DNA of 40,933 nucleotides from a virus (Duplodnaviria; Heunggongvirae; Uroviricota; Caudoviricetes): IMG/VR virus record IMGVR_UViG_2563366852_000006, positions 1 to 40,933 of that record; one strand, 5' to 3'. Shown piece by piece: positions 8,871 to 17,498 of this stretch (position 1 is its first letter; each line of letters starts with the position of its first letter). The notes under the pieces were generated by a model. It saw only the letters and a program-made list of their open reading frames with translations, ran no database searches and was not told where the DNA came from. The position numbers and the translations under genes were made by a program.

Positions 8871-9703
8871 ACAGTTTAACGGCAAATAACCGTTTGTCGC
8901 AACAGCTGGTGGTCAGCGTCGCTGAACACCTGTTGTTACGGCATGAATGCAGATTACCAAATCACCTGGCTGTAAGTAACCACAGAGAACTTTACCTGAC
9001 TGTGGGGGGCGAGTTGTGCAGGAACTTAACCGCTGGTTTCGTGACGGAAGAGGGCTTTATGTCCATGTTATTCGTTGGGAGCCAGAAACGCAGCGCGTTA
9101 TCTATCTTCGCAAAGACTACCCGCATGAGTGCTTTAGTCCTTTGTGGAAATTCAGGCGTGATTTTGTTGAGTGTGAAGGACCACCAGCACATTGATTCTG
9201 CCATTCCGGGACGTTACACTGTTCAGGCACCTTATAAAGCGGGTGTCGGGATTGGCGTCCTGGAATTCAATATAGAGCATAACCGCGCTCATGCGGTTTT
9301 TTCGTATCATGAGCATTGCTACGTCCAAATTATGGTGGGGCGTGCAGGGGCATCGCAAGATGCGCCGGGTTCTATGTTGACCGGTTACGCCAACCCTGTA
9401 CGTCTCACCACCTCTGTGATTGGCGTCCCATGTGGTGAGTTCTTTGAATTCAACATAGGGGCTGTCACCATGACTACTCTCCCAACCCTCGCTCGTCTGA
9501 ATGATGAAGACTTACATAAACTCAGTTATGTAACAACTGCACTACGTGCTCTGCGCAAGGTAACTCTTTCGGATCCGCAGGCGCATCAAGTTCTGGTAGA
9601 AACCCTTCTTAACTTGCAGGCTGAACGTATTCGTCTGGCGGATAAGGCTAATTTTCATATTCACCGTCTCCTGAATATCAGCGGAGGGCATCGTCATGCT
9701 TAA
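8867..9703 (+). CDS. Hypothetical protein (278 aa) in the replication region
   Basis: The only long ORF in this interval; ATGA overlap with the upstream gene suggests translational coupling. No motif recognised; composition is unusual (His- and Arg-rich). Confidence 0.4.
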   Translation: MNSLTANNRLSQQLVVSVAEHLLLRHECRLPNHLAVSNHRELYLTVGGELCRNLTAGFVTEEGFMSMLFVGSQKRSALSIFAKTTRMSALVLCGNSGVILLSVKDHQHIDSAIPGRYTVQAPYKAGVGIGVLEFNIEHNRAHAVFSYHEHCYVQIMVGRAGASQDAPGSMLTGYANPVRLTTSVIGVPCGEFFEFNIGAVTMTTLPTLARLNDEDLHKLSYVTTALRALRKVTLSDPQAHQVLVETLLNLQAERIRLADKANFHIHRLLNISGGHRHA

Positions 9704-9932
9704 TCCGTTGATCCTCAATATTTGCCGTTTGCTTCAGCGTAAAAAAACATCAATTCCTACAGTTGGGCAGTGGTACACCACACCTGCAGGGCATGTTCTA
9801 CGTGTTAGCCTGGTTGACCGTGAATGCCAGAAGGTGATTTGTGAACCGCTGGGCCGTAATTACCGCGTCAGTATGCCGCTTATAGCCTTTCGCTCCGGAA
9901 AAAACATGAAGCATCTCGGAGGTGCAGCATGA
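9696..9932 (+). CDS. Hypothetical small protein
   Basis: 78 aa ORF overlapping both neighbours by a few nt; position only. Confidence 0.3.
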   Translation: MLNPLILNICRLLQRKKTSIPTVGQWYTTPAGHVLRVSLVDRECQKVICEPLGRNYRVSMPLIAFRSGKNMKHLGGAA

Positions 9933-10747
9933 GTATGGAGCTGATGGTTAAAGCGATGAAAATTCGAGTGGGTAATCCATTGCGAAAACTGGTTCTGATC
10001 AAGCTGGCTGATAATGCCAGCGATCAGGGTGAGTGCTGGCCCAGCTACCAGCATATTGCTGACCAGTGCGAGATTAGCAAACGTTCTGTGATGAATCATA
10101 TTGCGGCCCTTTGTGAGTCCGGGCTGGTAAAAAAAGTCACCCGGAAAGGTGAAAAAGGTAACTCAAGTAATATCTATCTCCTTCATCTGGATGGTGCAGG
10201 AGATTCACTAGGGGGTAGTGCAAATAATTCACTATCTGGTGCAGCAAATTCACCAGGTAGTGCAGGAGTTGCACCAGGGGGTAGTGCAGGAGATTCACCC
10301 AGAACCAGTCACTCTTTTGAACCAGTCAAAGAACCAGTCAATGAACCAATAGCTGTTGGTGCATCAGTTGATGAGTCCGTGCGAGTTCGTTCAAACCGGC
10401 CGGAATACTCTCCGGAGTTTGAGCAGGCATGGCTGGCATATCCCAAACGTGCTGGTGGTAATTCAAAATCTGCAGCCTTCAAAGCCTGGAAAGCCCGTTT
10501 GAATGAGGGGGTAAACCCCGAAACCATGCTGGAAGGTGTGAAACGCTACGCGGGCTGGGTATCTGCGATGGGTAACAGCGGCACACAATTTGTGAAACAG
10601 GCTGTCACGTTCTTTGGTCCGGATCGTCATTTCGAAGAATCCTGGGAAGTTCCTGCGGTATCTGCAGCCAGACGTGAGGACCCGTACTTCAAAGCCAGTT
10701 ACGACAACGTGGACTACAGCCAGATCCCGGCAGGATTCAGGGGGTGA
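9929..10747 (+). CDS. Replication initiator (O-like) with N-terminal winged-helix domain
   Basis: N-terminal wHTH (LRKLVLIKLADNASDQGECWPSYQHIADQCEISKRSVMNHIAALCESGLV), a Gly/Ser/Ala-rich linker encoded by DNA repeats, then a conserved-looking C-terminal domain; the lambda O gene has the same layout. Confidence 0.6.
   Translation: MSMELMVKAMKIRVGNPLRKLVLIKLADNASDQGECWPSYQHIADQCEISKRSVMNHIAALCESGLVKKVTRKGEKGNSSNIYLLHLDGAGDSLGGSANNSLSGAANSPGSAGVAPGGSAGDSPRTSHSFEPVKEPVNEPIAVGASVDESVRVRSNRPEYSPEFEQAWLAYPKRAGGNSKSAAFKAWKARLNEGVNPETMLEGVKRYAGWVSAMGNSGTQFVKQAVTFFGPDRHFEESWEVPAVSAARREDPYFKASYDNVDYSQIPAGFRG
10190..10350 (+). repeat. Iteron-like direct repeats inside the initiator gene (candidate origin of replication)
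   Basis: GTGCAGGAGATTCAC twice, GGGGGTAGTGCA twice, and GAACCAGTCA three times plus a degenerate fourth copy (10300-10348). Confidence 0.5.
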
Positions 10748-11232
10748 TCATGAGTCTTTTGAATGAAGTTCAGAAATTCATTGAAGCCCATCCGGGGTGT
10801 ACTTCCGGAGACATTGCGGATGCTTTTGCAGGTTACTCACGGCAGCGCGTTCTGCAGTCAGCAAGCAAGTTACGTCAGAGTGGGCGTGTGGCTCACCGTT
10901 GTGAAGGGGATACACGCAGACATTTCCCGCGCCAGGCTGAGATATCGCAGGAGCCGGAACCAGTTTGTGAAACCAGACCTGTGCGCAATTTCTATGTCGG
11001 CACTAACGACCCCCGGGTGATTTTGTGCCTGACCCGCCAGGCTGAAGAACTGGAGTCCAGGGGCTTATTCCGTCGAGCTGCAACGGTGTGGATGGAGGCA
11101 TTCCGTGAAAGCCACTCCCAGCCAGAACGAAACAATTTTCTGGCGCATCGTGAGCGGTGCTTACGGAAAAGCAGCAAGCGCGCTGCATCGGGTGAAGAGT
11201 GGTATCTGTCAGGGAATTACGTGGGGGCTTAA
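10744..11232 (+). CDS. PerC-family transcriptional activator-like protein, tentative
   Basis: Motif LESRGLFRRAATVWMEAF resembles the PerC signature (LE..G.WRRAA..W) as I recall it. Confidence 0.4.
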   Translation: MIMSLLNEVQKFIEAHPGCTSGDIADAFAGYSRQRVLQSASKLRQSGRVAHRCEGDTRRHFPRQAEISQEPEPVCETRPVRNFYVGTNDPRVILCLTRQAEELESRGLFRRAATVWMEAFRESHSQPERNNFLAHRERCLRKSSKRAASGEEWYLSGNYVGA

Positions 11233-11885
11233 TGAGTAATAAATATTGCCGGGCGCTGGTGGAGCTGCGGAACAAACCAGCCCATGAACTGAAGGAAGTG
11301 GGCGATCAGTGGCGCACGCCGGATAACATTTTCTGGGGAATTAACACCCTGTTTGGCCCGTTTGTCCTGGATCTGTTTACTGACGGTGATAACGCCAAAT
11401 GTGCCGCGTATTACACGGCGGAAGACAACGCGCTGGCGCATGACTGGTCAGAACGTCTTGCGGAGCTTAAAGGCGCTGCCTTTGGTAATCCCCCATACAG
11501 CCGCGCCAGTCAGCATGAGGGGCTATACATCACCGGCATGCGTTACATCATGAAGCATGCCAGTGCCATGCGTGATAAAGGCGGGCGCTATGTTTTCCTG
11601 ATCAAAGCTGCCACCAGCGAAGTGTGGTGGCCGGAAGATGCAGATCATATTGCTTTTATTCGCGGGCGTATTGGTTTTGAACTGCCTGCCTGGTTTATCC
11701 CGAAAGATGAGAAGCAGGTGCCGACAGGCGCTTTCTTCGCTGGTGCTATTGCTGTTTTCGACAAGACCTGGAAGGGACCGGCAATCAGCTACATCGGGCG
11801 CGATGAACTTGAGGCATGTGGTGAGGCGTTTCTGGCGCAGGTTCGCCAGCAGGCGGAAAAACTGGTCAGGGAGATGGCGGCATGA
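11232..11885 (+). CDS. Phage N6-adenine DNA methyltransferase (Dam-like)
   Basis: Catalytic NPPY motif (FGNPPYSR). Start chosen at MSNKYCRAL (11232), a TAATG stop-start overlap with the upstream gene. Confidence 0.8.
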   Translation: MSNKYCRALVELRNKPAHELKEVGDQWRTPDNIFWGINTLFGPFVLDLFTDGDNAKCAAYYTAEDNALAHDWSERLAELKGAAFGNPPYSRASQHEGLYITGMRYIMKHASAMRDKGGRYVFLIKAATSEVWWPEDADHIAFIRGRIGFELPAWFIPKDEKQVPTGAFFAGAIAVFDKTWKGPAISYIGRDELEACGEAFLAQVRQQAEKLVREMAA

Positions 11886-12208
11886 CGACGTTAACTCAAT
11901 GCCAGCAGCAGGTGCTGGATATGCTGATTTCTTATCAGAAAGAACGTGGCTTCCCGCCAACCAATCAGGAGGTGGCAACCATGCTGGGATACCGTTCAGT
12001 GAATGCAGCGGTGGAGCATCTTCGCGCACTGGAGAAAAAAGGCGTCATCACGATAAAGCGTGGTGTGGCCCGGGGCATCACGCTTCATACCGCGGTGAAG
12101 GACGACGACAGCGAGGCGGCCGGGATTATCCGCGCACTGCTTGCTGGTGAGGAAAACGCCAGGCTGCGTGCAGCCCACTGGTTACATGAGAGGGGGCTGA
12201 AAGTATGA
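11882..12208 (+). CDS. LexA N-terminal DNA-binding-domain protein lacking the S24 peptidase domain
   Basis: Aligns by eye along the LexA DNA-binding domain (LT..QQ.VLD.I......G.PPT..E.A..LG.RS.NAA.EHL.AL..KGVI.I..G.ARGI.L); only about 40 further residues follow and there is no Ser/Lys protease region. Confidence 0.7.
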   Translation: MTTLTQCQQQVLDMLISYQKERGFPPTNQEVATMLGYRSVNAAVEHLRALEKKGVITIKRGVARGITLHTAVKDDDSEAAGIIRALLAGEENARLRAAHWLHERGLKV

Positions 12209-12594
12209 AGCTGATTCTGCCTTTTCCACCCAGCGTGAACACCTACTGGCGACACCCCAACAAAGGGGCATTTGCTGGTAAGAGCCTGATAAGTGCGGCG
12301 GGGCGAAAATTCCAGAGCGCGGCGTGCGCAGCAATAGTTGAGCAGTTACGTCGTCTGCCGAAACCAACGTCGGCACCTGCTTCAGTGGAGATTGTGTTGT
12401 TTCCTCCGGATAACCGGATCCGCGATCTGGACAACTATAACAAGGCGCTGTTTGACGCCCTGACCCACGCGGGTGTGTGGGAAGACGACAGCCAGGTGAA
12501 AAGAATGTTGGTGGAGTGGGGACCGGTTATCCCGGAAGGGAAGGTCGAGATCACTATCAGTAAGTACGAGAAAACGGCGGGTGCAGCCGCCTGA
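12205..12594 (+). CDS. rusA: Holliday-junction resolvase RusA
   Basis: N-terminus MKLILPFPPSVNTYWRH and conserved acidic residues (IRDLDNYNKALFDAL) typical of RusA. Confidence 0.85.
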   Translation: MKLILPFPPSVNTYWRHPNKGAFAGKSLISAAGRKFQSAACAAIVEQLRRLPKPTSAPASVEIVLFPPDNRIRDLDNYNKALFDALTHAGVWEDDSQVKRMLVEWGPVIPEGKVEITISKYEKTAGAAA

Positions 12595-12613
12595 TCAAGA
12601 GGAGAAACGAAGT

Positions 12614-13423
12614 ATGAATAATCTGATGGTCATTGATGGTATTGAAGTTCGTCGTGATGCTTATGGGCGTTACAGCCTGAACGATCTGCATCGCGCAGCA
12701 GTAGCATCTGGTGCAAATGCCAGAACCAAGGAGCCAGGAAAGTTTCTTTCCAGCCAACAAACTGTTGAGCTTGTTCATGAATTGACCAACACCCAGAATT
12801 TGGGTGTTGACCCGGTGAGTGTGATTCATGGGGGAAATGAACGGGGAACGTATGTCTGCAAGGAACTGGTGTATGCCTATGCAATGTGGATCAGCCCGTC
12901 ATTCCATCTGAAGGTGATCCGTACTTTCGATATGGTAACCAGCGCACCGGAAAAATTATCCGGACAAGCTGCTGACAAGATGCAGGCTGGAGTGATTCTG
13001 CTGGACTTTATGCGCAGGGAGTTAAACCTGTCTAACTCTTCAGTGCTTGGTGCCTGTCAGAAACTCCAGGAGGCTGTTGGCTTACCGAATCTGGCACCGC
13101 GCTATGCCATTGATGCTCCTGCTGACGCGCCTGATGGCTCAAGTCGCCCGACACTGTCGCTGAGTGCACTGCTGAAACAGTATGGTATCCGCCTTACGGC
13201 TAATCAGGCATATCACCAGATGGCGAAGCTGGGGATCGTCGAGCAGCGCGAACGATACAGCCGTACCGCGATTAACAACATCAAAAAATTCTGGTCGCTG
13301 ACGGCGAAAGGCTGCATGTTCGGCAAGAACATCACCAGTCCCGCAAATCCGCGCGAGACGCAGCCGCATTTCTTCGAATCCCGATTCCCTGAGCTGTTAA
13401 AGTTGCTCGATACCGTTCATTGA
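12614..13423 (+). CDS. KilA-N domain protein
   Basis: N-terminal KilA-N pattern (GRYSLNDLHRAA ... GGNERGTYVCKELVYAYAMWISPSFHLKVIRTF). Start at MNNLMVIDG (12614) follows an AGGAGA RBS. Confidence 0.75.
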   Translation: MNNLMVIDGIEVRRDAYGRYSLNDLHRAAVASGANARTKEPGKFLSSQQTVELVHELTNTQNLGVDPVSVIHGGNERGTYVCKELVYAYAMWISPSFHLKVIRTFDMVTSAPEKLSGQAADKMQAGVILLDFMRRELNLSNSSVLGACQKLQEAVGLPNLAPRYAIDAPADAPDGSSRPTLSLSALLKQYGIRLTANQAYHQMAKLGIVEQRERYSRTAINNIKKFWSLTAKGCMFGKNITSPANPRETQPHFFESRFPELLKLLDTVH

Positions 13424-13424
13424 G

Positions 13425-14420
13425 GTGACCGTGAGAGCACTACTGACCCCTGAAATAGCCCCGCGTATGGGGATCGTATTGTTCAGACCAGGTTCAGAGC
13501 TGATGCCCCTGTTTATGCAGGGGCGTGTCCTACTGGAGCCTGAGCCGGAACGTTATTCATCTTTCGCCAGTGGTGCCGTTCCGGCGGCATCACAACCGCT
13601 GGCGGATGATCCTGCCGTTCGGGCCGTGTTCCGCAATGAGGCAGTGATCCGTCGTGCTGGTGGCGTGGAATGTCTTGAAAGCTGGTTACTTCGTGAAAAG
13701 GGCTGTCAGTGGCCTCATTCCGACTGGCACAGCGAGAACATGGCCACAATGCGACACGCGCCGGGCGCAATCCGTCTGTGCTGGCACTGCGATAACCAGC
13801 TGCGCGATCAGTTCACGGAACGGCTGGAATCAATGGCAACGGATAACTGTGCCCGCTGGGTGTTGTCTGTTGTGCGTCGGGATCTCGGTTTTGATGATAG
13901 TCACGTTGTGACAATGCCGGAACTGTGCTGGTGGCTGATTCGTAATGACCTGGCGGATGCCTTACCGGAAAGTGCAGCCCGTAAGGCACTGAGATTACCG
14001 AAGCCTGTTGTGCCGTCTGTCACCCGGGAAAGTGACTTTGTGCCTTCGGTTCCTGCCACCAGCATCATCCAGGATAAAGCGAAAAAGGTGCTGACGCTGA
14101 AAGTGGATCCGGAGTCGCCGGAGTCTTTTATGTTACGCCCCAAACGTCGCCGCTGGGTTAATGAAAAGTACACGCGCTGGGTTAAGACACAGCCGTGTGC
14201 ATGTTGTGGAAAGCCTGCTGATGATCCCCACCACCTGATAGGTCACGGCCAGGGTGGAATGGGTACAAAAGCGCATGACCTCTTTGTGTTGCCTTTGTGC
14301 AGAAAGCATCACGACGAGCTGCATGCGGATACCGTGGCATTTGAAGAGATGTATGGCTCCCAGCTGGAGCTGATATTTCGTTTTATCGATCGTGCGCTGG
14401 CAACCGGCGTGCTGGCCTGA
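13425..14420 (+). CDS. DUF968-like phage protein with C-terminal Cys/His HNH-like motif
   Basis: GTG start after a GAGGTG RBS; C-terminal CACCGKPADDPHHLIGHG...LCRKHHDELH. Confidence 0.5.
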   Translation: MTVRALLTPEIAPRMGIVLFRPGSELMPLFMQGRVLLEPEPERYSSFASGAVPAASQPLADDPAVRAVFRNEAVIRRAGGVECLESWLLREKGCQWPHSDWHSENMATMRHAPGAIRLCWHCDNQLRDQFTERLESMATDNCARWVLSVVRRDLGFDDSHVVTMPELCWWLIRNDLADALPESAARKALRLPKPVVPSVTRESDFVPSVPATSIIQDKAKKVLTLKVDPESPESFMLRPKRRRWVNEKYTRWVKTQPCACCGKPADDPHHLIGHGQGGMGTKAHDLFVLPLCRKHHDELHADTVAFEEMYGSQLELIFRFIDRALATGVLA

Positions 14421-14422
14421 TT

Positions 14423-14788
14423 TTGTGGAGAAAGTTGATGCGTGATATGTATGAAGTATTGGACCGCTGGGGAGCATGGGCTGCAGCAGATAACAGTGGT
14501 GTGGACTGGCAGCCTGTTGCTGCAGGGTTTAAAGGTTTACTACCTCATGGAAAGAAAACACGCCAACAATGCGATGATGATGAAGGAATCATGATTGACA
14601 GCTGTGTTGCGCGATTGCGGAAATATAAGCCAGAAGAATATGAACTGATCATTGCTCACTTTGTTATCGGTATTTCACTCCGTTCAATAGCAAAGAAACG
14701 GAAATGCTCTGACGGGTCAATCAGAAAACAACTTCAAGCAGCAATAGGAGTGATTGAAGGTATTTTGTTGATTATTAAGCCCCTGTAG
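14423..14788 (+). CDS. Q: Late-gene antiterminator Q
   Basis: MRDMYEVLDRWGAWAA ... AAGFKGLLP ... QCDDDEG ... CSDGSIRKQLQAAIGVIEGIL matches my recollection of phage-82-type Q (QuuD-like) proteins; last gene before the lysis side. Confidence 0.7.
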   Translation: MWRKLMRDMYEVLDRWGAWAAADNSGVDWQPVAAGFKGLLPHGKKTRQQCDDDEGIMIDSCVARLRKYKPEEYELIIAHFVIGISLRSIAKKRKCSDGSIRKQLQAAIGVIEGILLIIKPL

Positions 14789-14799
14789 GGCTTAATAAT
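14771..14799. terminator. Perfect 29-bp palindromic hairpin between the convergent Q gene and the minus-strand cassette
   Basis: ATTATTAAGCCC-CTGTA-GGGCTTAATAAT overlaps the stops of both convergent genes. Confidence 0.5.
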
Positions 14800-15376
14800 T
14801 CATATGAATTCTGTTTCCGAGATAATATAATCCAAAGAAAGTTGATACTAAGAGTTGCCAAACGAGGAAAGTAAATACAACAGTATAAACCATTAAAACA
14901 ATACTGTTTTGATAGACATTGATTAATGGTGAAAATATAGCATTAAGTATTATTATAACAATGCTTAATGCTGTTAAAAAAGAGAATAGCATGCAAAGAA
15001 ATAATCGTCTGGTCAGAACCTCCTCTGAATTTACTACTTTTCCATTTTCTTTTGTTACTTTTATTTCAATAGAGGCATTTCTTTCATTGCTAATCAATGG
15101 TAAATCAATCTCAGCTCTATTGAAAGTTGCTATGGCGGCCAGAGCGGCAATATAAAACCCTGGTAGGTTAGAGATAAATGAAACGATTGATTTAATGAAA
15201 CCATTGTCATCAAATAAATCTTTGACAGGGATTTTTAATAGAATGAAAAGTACTGCTGTGATAGAAGTAAGTAGAATTGGTGCTACCCAATCATATGCAG
15301 CTTTGCCGCTAATACCTTTAATAAAAAGATATCCAAACGGCTTGCCTAGATGAGAGAAAACTGAAAGTATTGGCAT
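14792..15376 (-). CDS. Small integral membrane protein (about 4 predicted TM helices), second gene of a two-gene cassette
   Basis: 194 aa with four long hydrophobic segments and one hydrophilic loop; GAGGT RBS inside the 3' end of the upstream gene; very AT-rich. Confidence 0.6.
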   Translation of the reverse strand: MPILSVFSHLGKPFGYLFIKGISGKAAYDWVAPILLTSITAVLFILLKIPVKDLFDDNGFIKSIVSFISNLPGFYIAALAAIATFNRAEIDLPLISNERNASIEIKVTKENGKVVNSEEVLTRRLFLCMLFSFLTALSIVIIILNAIFSPLINVYQNSIVLMVYTVVFTFLVWQLLVSTFFGLYYLGNRIHMNY

Positions 15377-15383
15377 AATAACC

Positions 15384-16406
15384 TCACATCAAATCTATCA
15401 TTTTCACAACAAACTCTAGTTCAATTTTAACATATGAATCCTTCAGGCGCGAATTAAAGTTATCGATAATGCTTTTCTTAATAAATGTTTTTTCTAAATT
15501 ATTAAGATTGATGTTTGAGGTTTTGAAATCAACCTGCCTTGGTTTATTTGTTTCAGGATCTTGGAATTTAACCTTTAATTTATCATAACCACCATTCATT
15601 TTTTTATTGAAATGAGATGCTACATTTTTAATCCATCCAATAACATTGTCACCATGATTTGGAAGTAATTTTAATGTACTTTCAGTCGGAATGTAAGGTG
15701 AATTAACATCAGGAGCATTAATTGTTCCGAATTGATCCTTGACTAATATGACATCTGATAATCCTTTTTGGCTTATTTTATTAAAAAGCTCCTTGTCTAA
15801 CATTCCTGTAAATTCAAATATTGGTTTGTATCGTATTTTTACTTCTTTTTTTGATGTTGCAGAAATAACGTTAGTTGGATGTTTTGCGGTAAATAAGTCT
15901 TCATTGTCTTTCGCCACTTCAAAGAGAATTTTGTCTAAAAAACTATTTAACCGGGCCGTAGATACACCTGGGGTAGATGTACAAATCATATCATAGGTTC
16001 TTTTATTTCCATTTAATGATATGACAACATAGGTAGAAACTTCATAGCCTTCACCTTGTTCATATTTTGGTTGGATTTCAACGCGTTCATTAGTATTTAT
16101 ATTTTTTACAACGGTAGTACTTCCATTTTTATCAACACTATTAATAAGAAGGACAATATGCGTGGGTGAGTTATCTGGAAGTAAAGGATAAAGTTGTACA
16201 TCTTGGAGAGTAACTACAATATTCCCAGAATCATATGAATGAACGAGTCCCTTTTGTTTAACAATCAATGGGGCAAGCATGTACATTTCCGGAACAGGAC
16301 ATATACACTGGGCTTTTACCTCTTGTGTTGCCTTGGTTCTAAACTTTGTGTCAATGGTCAGACTATGATGAGTAACGAGTCTTTCGCTAGCATTTAATTT
16401 TGCCAT
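15384..16406 (-). CDS. Hypothetical soluble protein (340 aa), first gene of a two-gene cassette
   Basis: Long uninterrupted AT-rich ORF, 7 bp upstream of the membrane-protein gene on the same strand; no motif recognised. Confidence 0.6.
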   Translation of the reverse strand: MAKLNASERLVTHHSLTIDTKFRTKATQEVKAQCICPVPEMYMLAPLIVKQKGLVHSYDSGNIVVTLQDVQLYPLLPDNSPTHIVLLINSVDKNGSTTVVKNINTNERVEIQPKYEQGEGYEVSTYVVISLNGNKRTYDMICTSTPGVSTARLNSFLDKILFEVAKDNEDLFTAKHPTNVISATSKKEVKIRYKPIFEFTGMLDKELFNKISQKGLSDVILVKDQFGTINAPDVNSPYIPTESTLKLLPNHGDNVIGWIKNVASHFNKKMNGGYDKLKVKFQDPETNKPRQVDFKTSNINLNNLEKTFIKKSIIDNFNSRLKDSYVKIELEFVVKMIDLM

Positions 16407-16517
16407 GAAATCATCCGATTATGATTTTTCGATTTATTTGTTAATCTTACAAAAACGCTAACGCGTACGCAAAAATTATTGTATCGTGTTAAGAGTGGTT
16501 ACTTCGCCACACAGCTT

Positions 16518-16550
16518 AAACCCGCCGTCGAGCGGGTTTTGTCGTTTCTG
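16518..16550 (+). terminator. Rho-independent terminator upstream of the lysis genes (tR'-like)
   Basis: Hairpin AAACCCGC-CGTCGA-GCGGGTTT followed by TGTCGTTTCT in the non-coding region between the cassette and the holin. Confidence 0.4.
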
Positions 16551-16691
16551 GGGCTGGGGATTCGTTGGTCCTGGTCTATTCCGCAGTTATCCATTGGTTC
16601 GGCTTCTTTGACGTTTCCGCTTCTAATTTGCTGTACATGATGTTCCCTCAATTTGCACCTGCTGTATCAGCGAGGTGAGAGATAACTACAA

Positions 16692-17018
16692 ATGCCTCAT
16701 AACCCAAATACCTGGCTGGAGTTGTTCCAGAGCTGGTGGCGTGGAGACACACCGCTGGGCGCAGTGATTATGTCGATTGTTATGGCTGGTTTGCGTATCG
16801 CCTACTTTGGTGGTGGTGGCGGCTGGAAGCGAAAAACGCTCGAGATTTTGCTCTGTGGCGCTCTGACTCTGACTTTTGCATCCGCGCTTGAGTATGTCGG
16901 ATGGCCTAAATCGCTTTCTGTTGCCATTGGTGGTGGCGTTGGGTTGATCGGTGTCGATGCTATTCGTGGGGCTGCAATGAGAGTAATCGGTAATAAGTTT
17001 GGTGGCTCTAAGGAGTAA
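16692..17018 (+). CDS. Holin
   Basis: 108 aa with three hydrophobic segments and a charged C-terminus, immediately upstream of the endolysin. Confidence 0.7.
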   Translation: MPHNPNTWLELFQSWWRGDTPLGAVIMSIVMAGLRIAYFGGGGGWKRKTLEILLCGALTLTFASALEYVGWPKSLSVAIGGGVGLIGVDAIRGAAMRVIGNKFGGSKE

Positions 17019-17021
17019 TTT

Positions 17022-17498
17022 ATGCAGGTACTAAATTCCCAGCGTAAAGCTTTCCTCGATATGGTGGCATGGTCAGAAGGAACGGATAACGGGCGACAAC
17101 CGACACGTAACCACGGTTATGATGTTATTGTTGGCGGCGAACTGTTCACTGATTACTCCGATCACCCTCGCAAACTTGTCACGCTAAACCCAAAACTCAA
17201 ATCAACAGCCGCCGGACGTTACCAGCTTCTTTCCCGTTGGTGGGATGCCTACCGTAAGCAGCTTGGCCTGAAAGACTTCTCTCCAAAAAGCCAGGACGCT
17301 GTGGCATTGCAGCAGATTAAGGAGCGTGGCGCTTTACCGATGATTGATCGCGGTGATATTCGTCAGGCTATCGACCGTTGCAGCAATATCTGGGCTTCAC
17401 TGCCGGGCGCTGGTTATGGCCAGTTCGAGCATAAGGCTGACAGCCTGATTGCAAAATTCAAAGAGGCTGGCGGAACGGTCAGAGAGATTGAGGTATGA
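17022..17498 (+). CDS. R: Endolysin, lambda R-type lytic transglycosylase
   Basis: Near-identical over most of its length to lambda R as I remember it ([22 protein letters not shown]...[20 protein letters not shown]...). Confidence 0.9.
   Translation: MQVLNSQRKAFLDMVAWSEGTDNGRQPTRNHGYDVIVGGELFTDYSDHPRKLVTLNPKLKSTAAGRYQLLSRWWDAYRKQLGLKDFSPKSQDAVALQQIKERGALPMIDRGDIRQAIDRCSNIWASLPGAGYGQFEHKADSLIAKFKEAGGTVREIEV

Noticed and set aside
10190-10350. Short direct repeats considered as a possible CRISPR array
   Set aside because: Repeats are only 10-15 bp, irregularly spaced and inside a coding sequence; they fit origin iterons, not CRISPR repeat-spacer units.
11523-12029. 168-aa minus-strand ORF and the overlapping 170-aa plus-strand ORF (11638-12150)
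   Set aside because: Both overlap the methyltransferase and LexA-like genes in other frames; those genes carry recognisable motifs (NPPY, LexA domain), so these are frame shadows.
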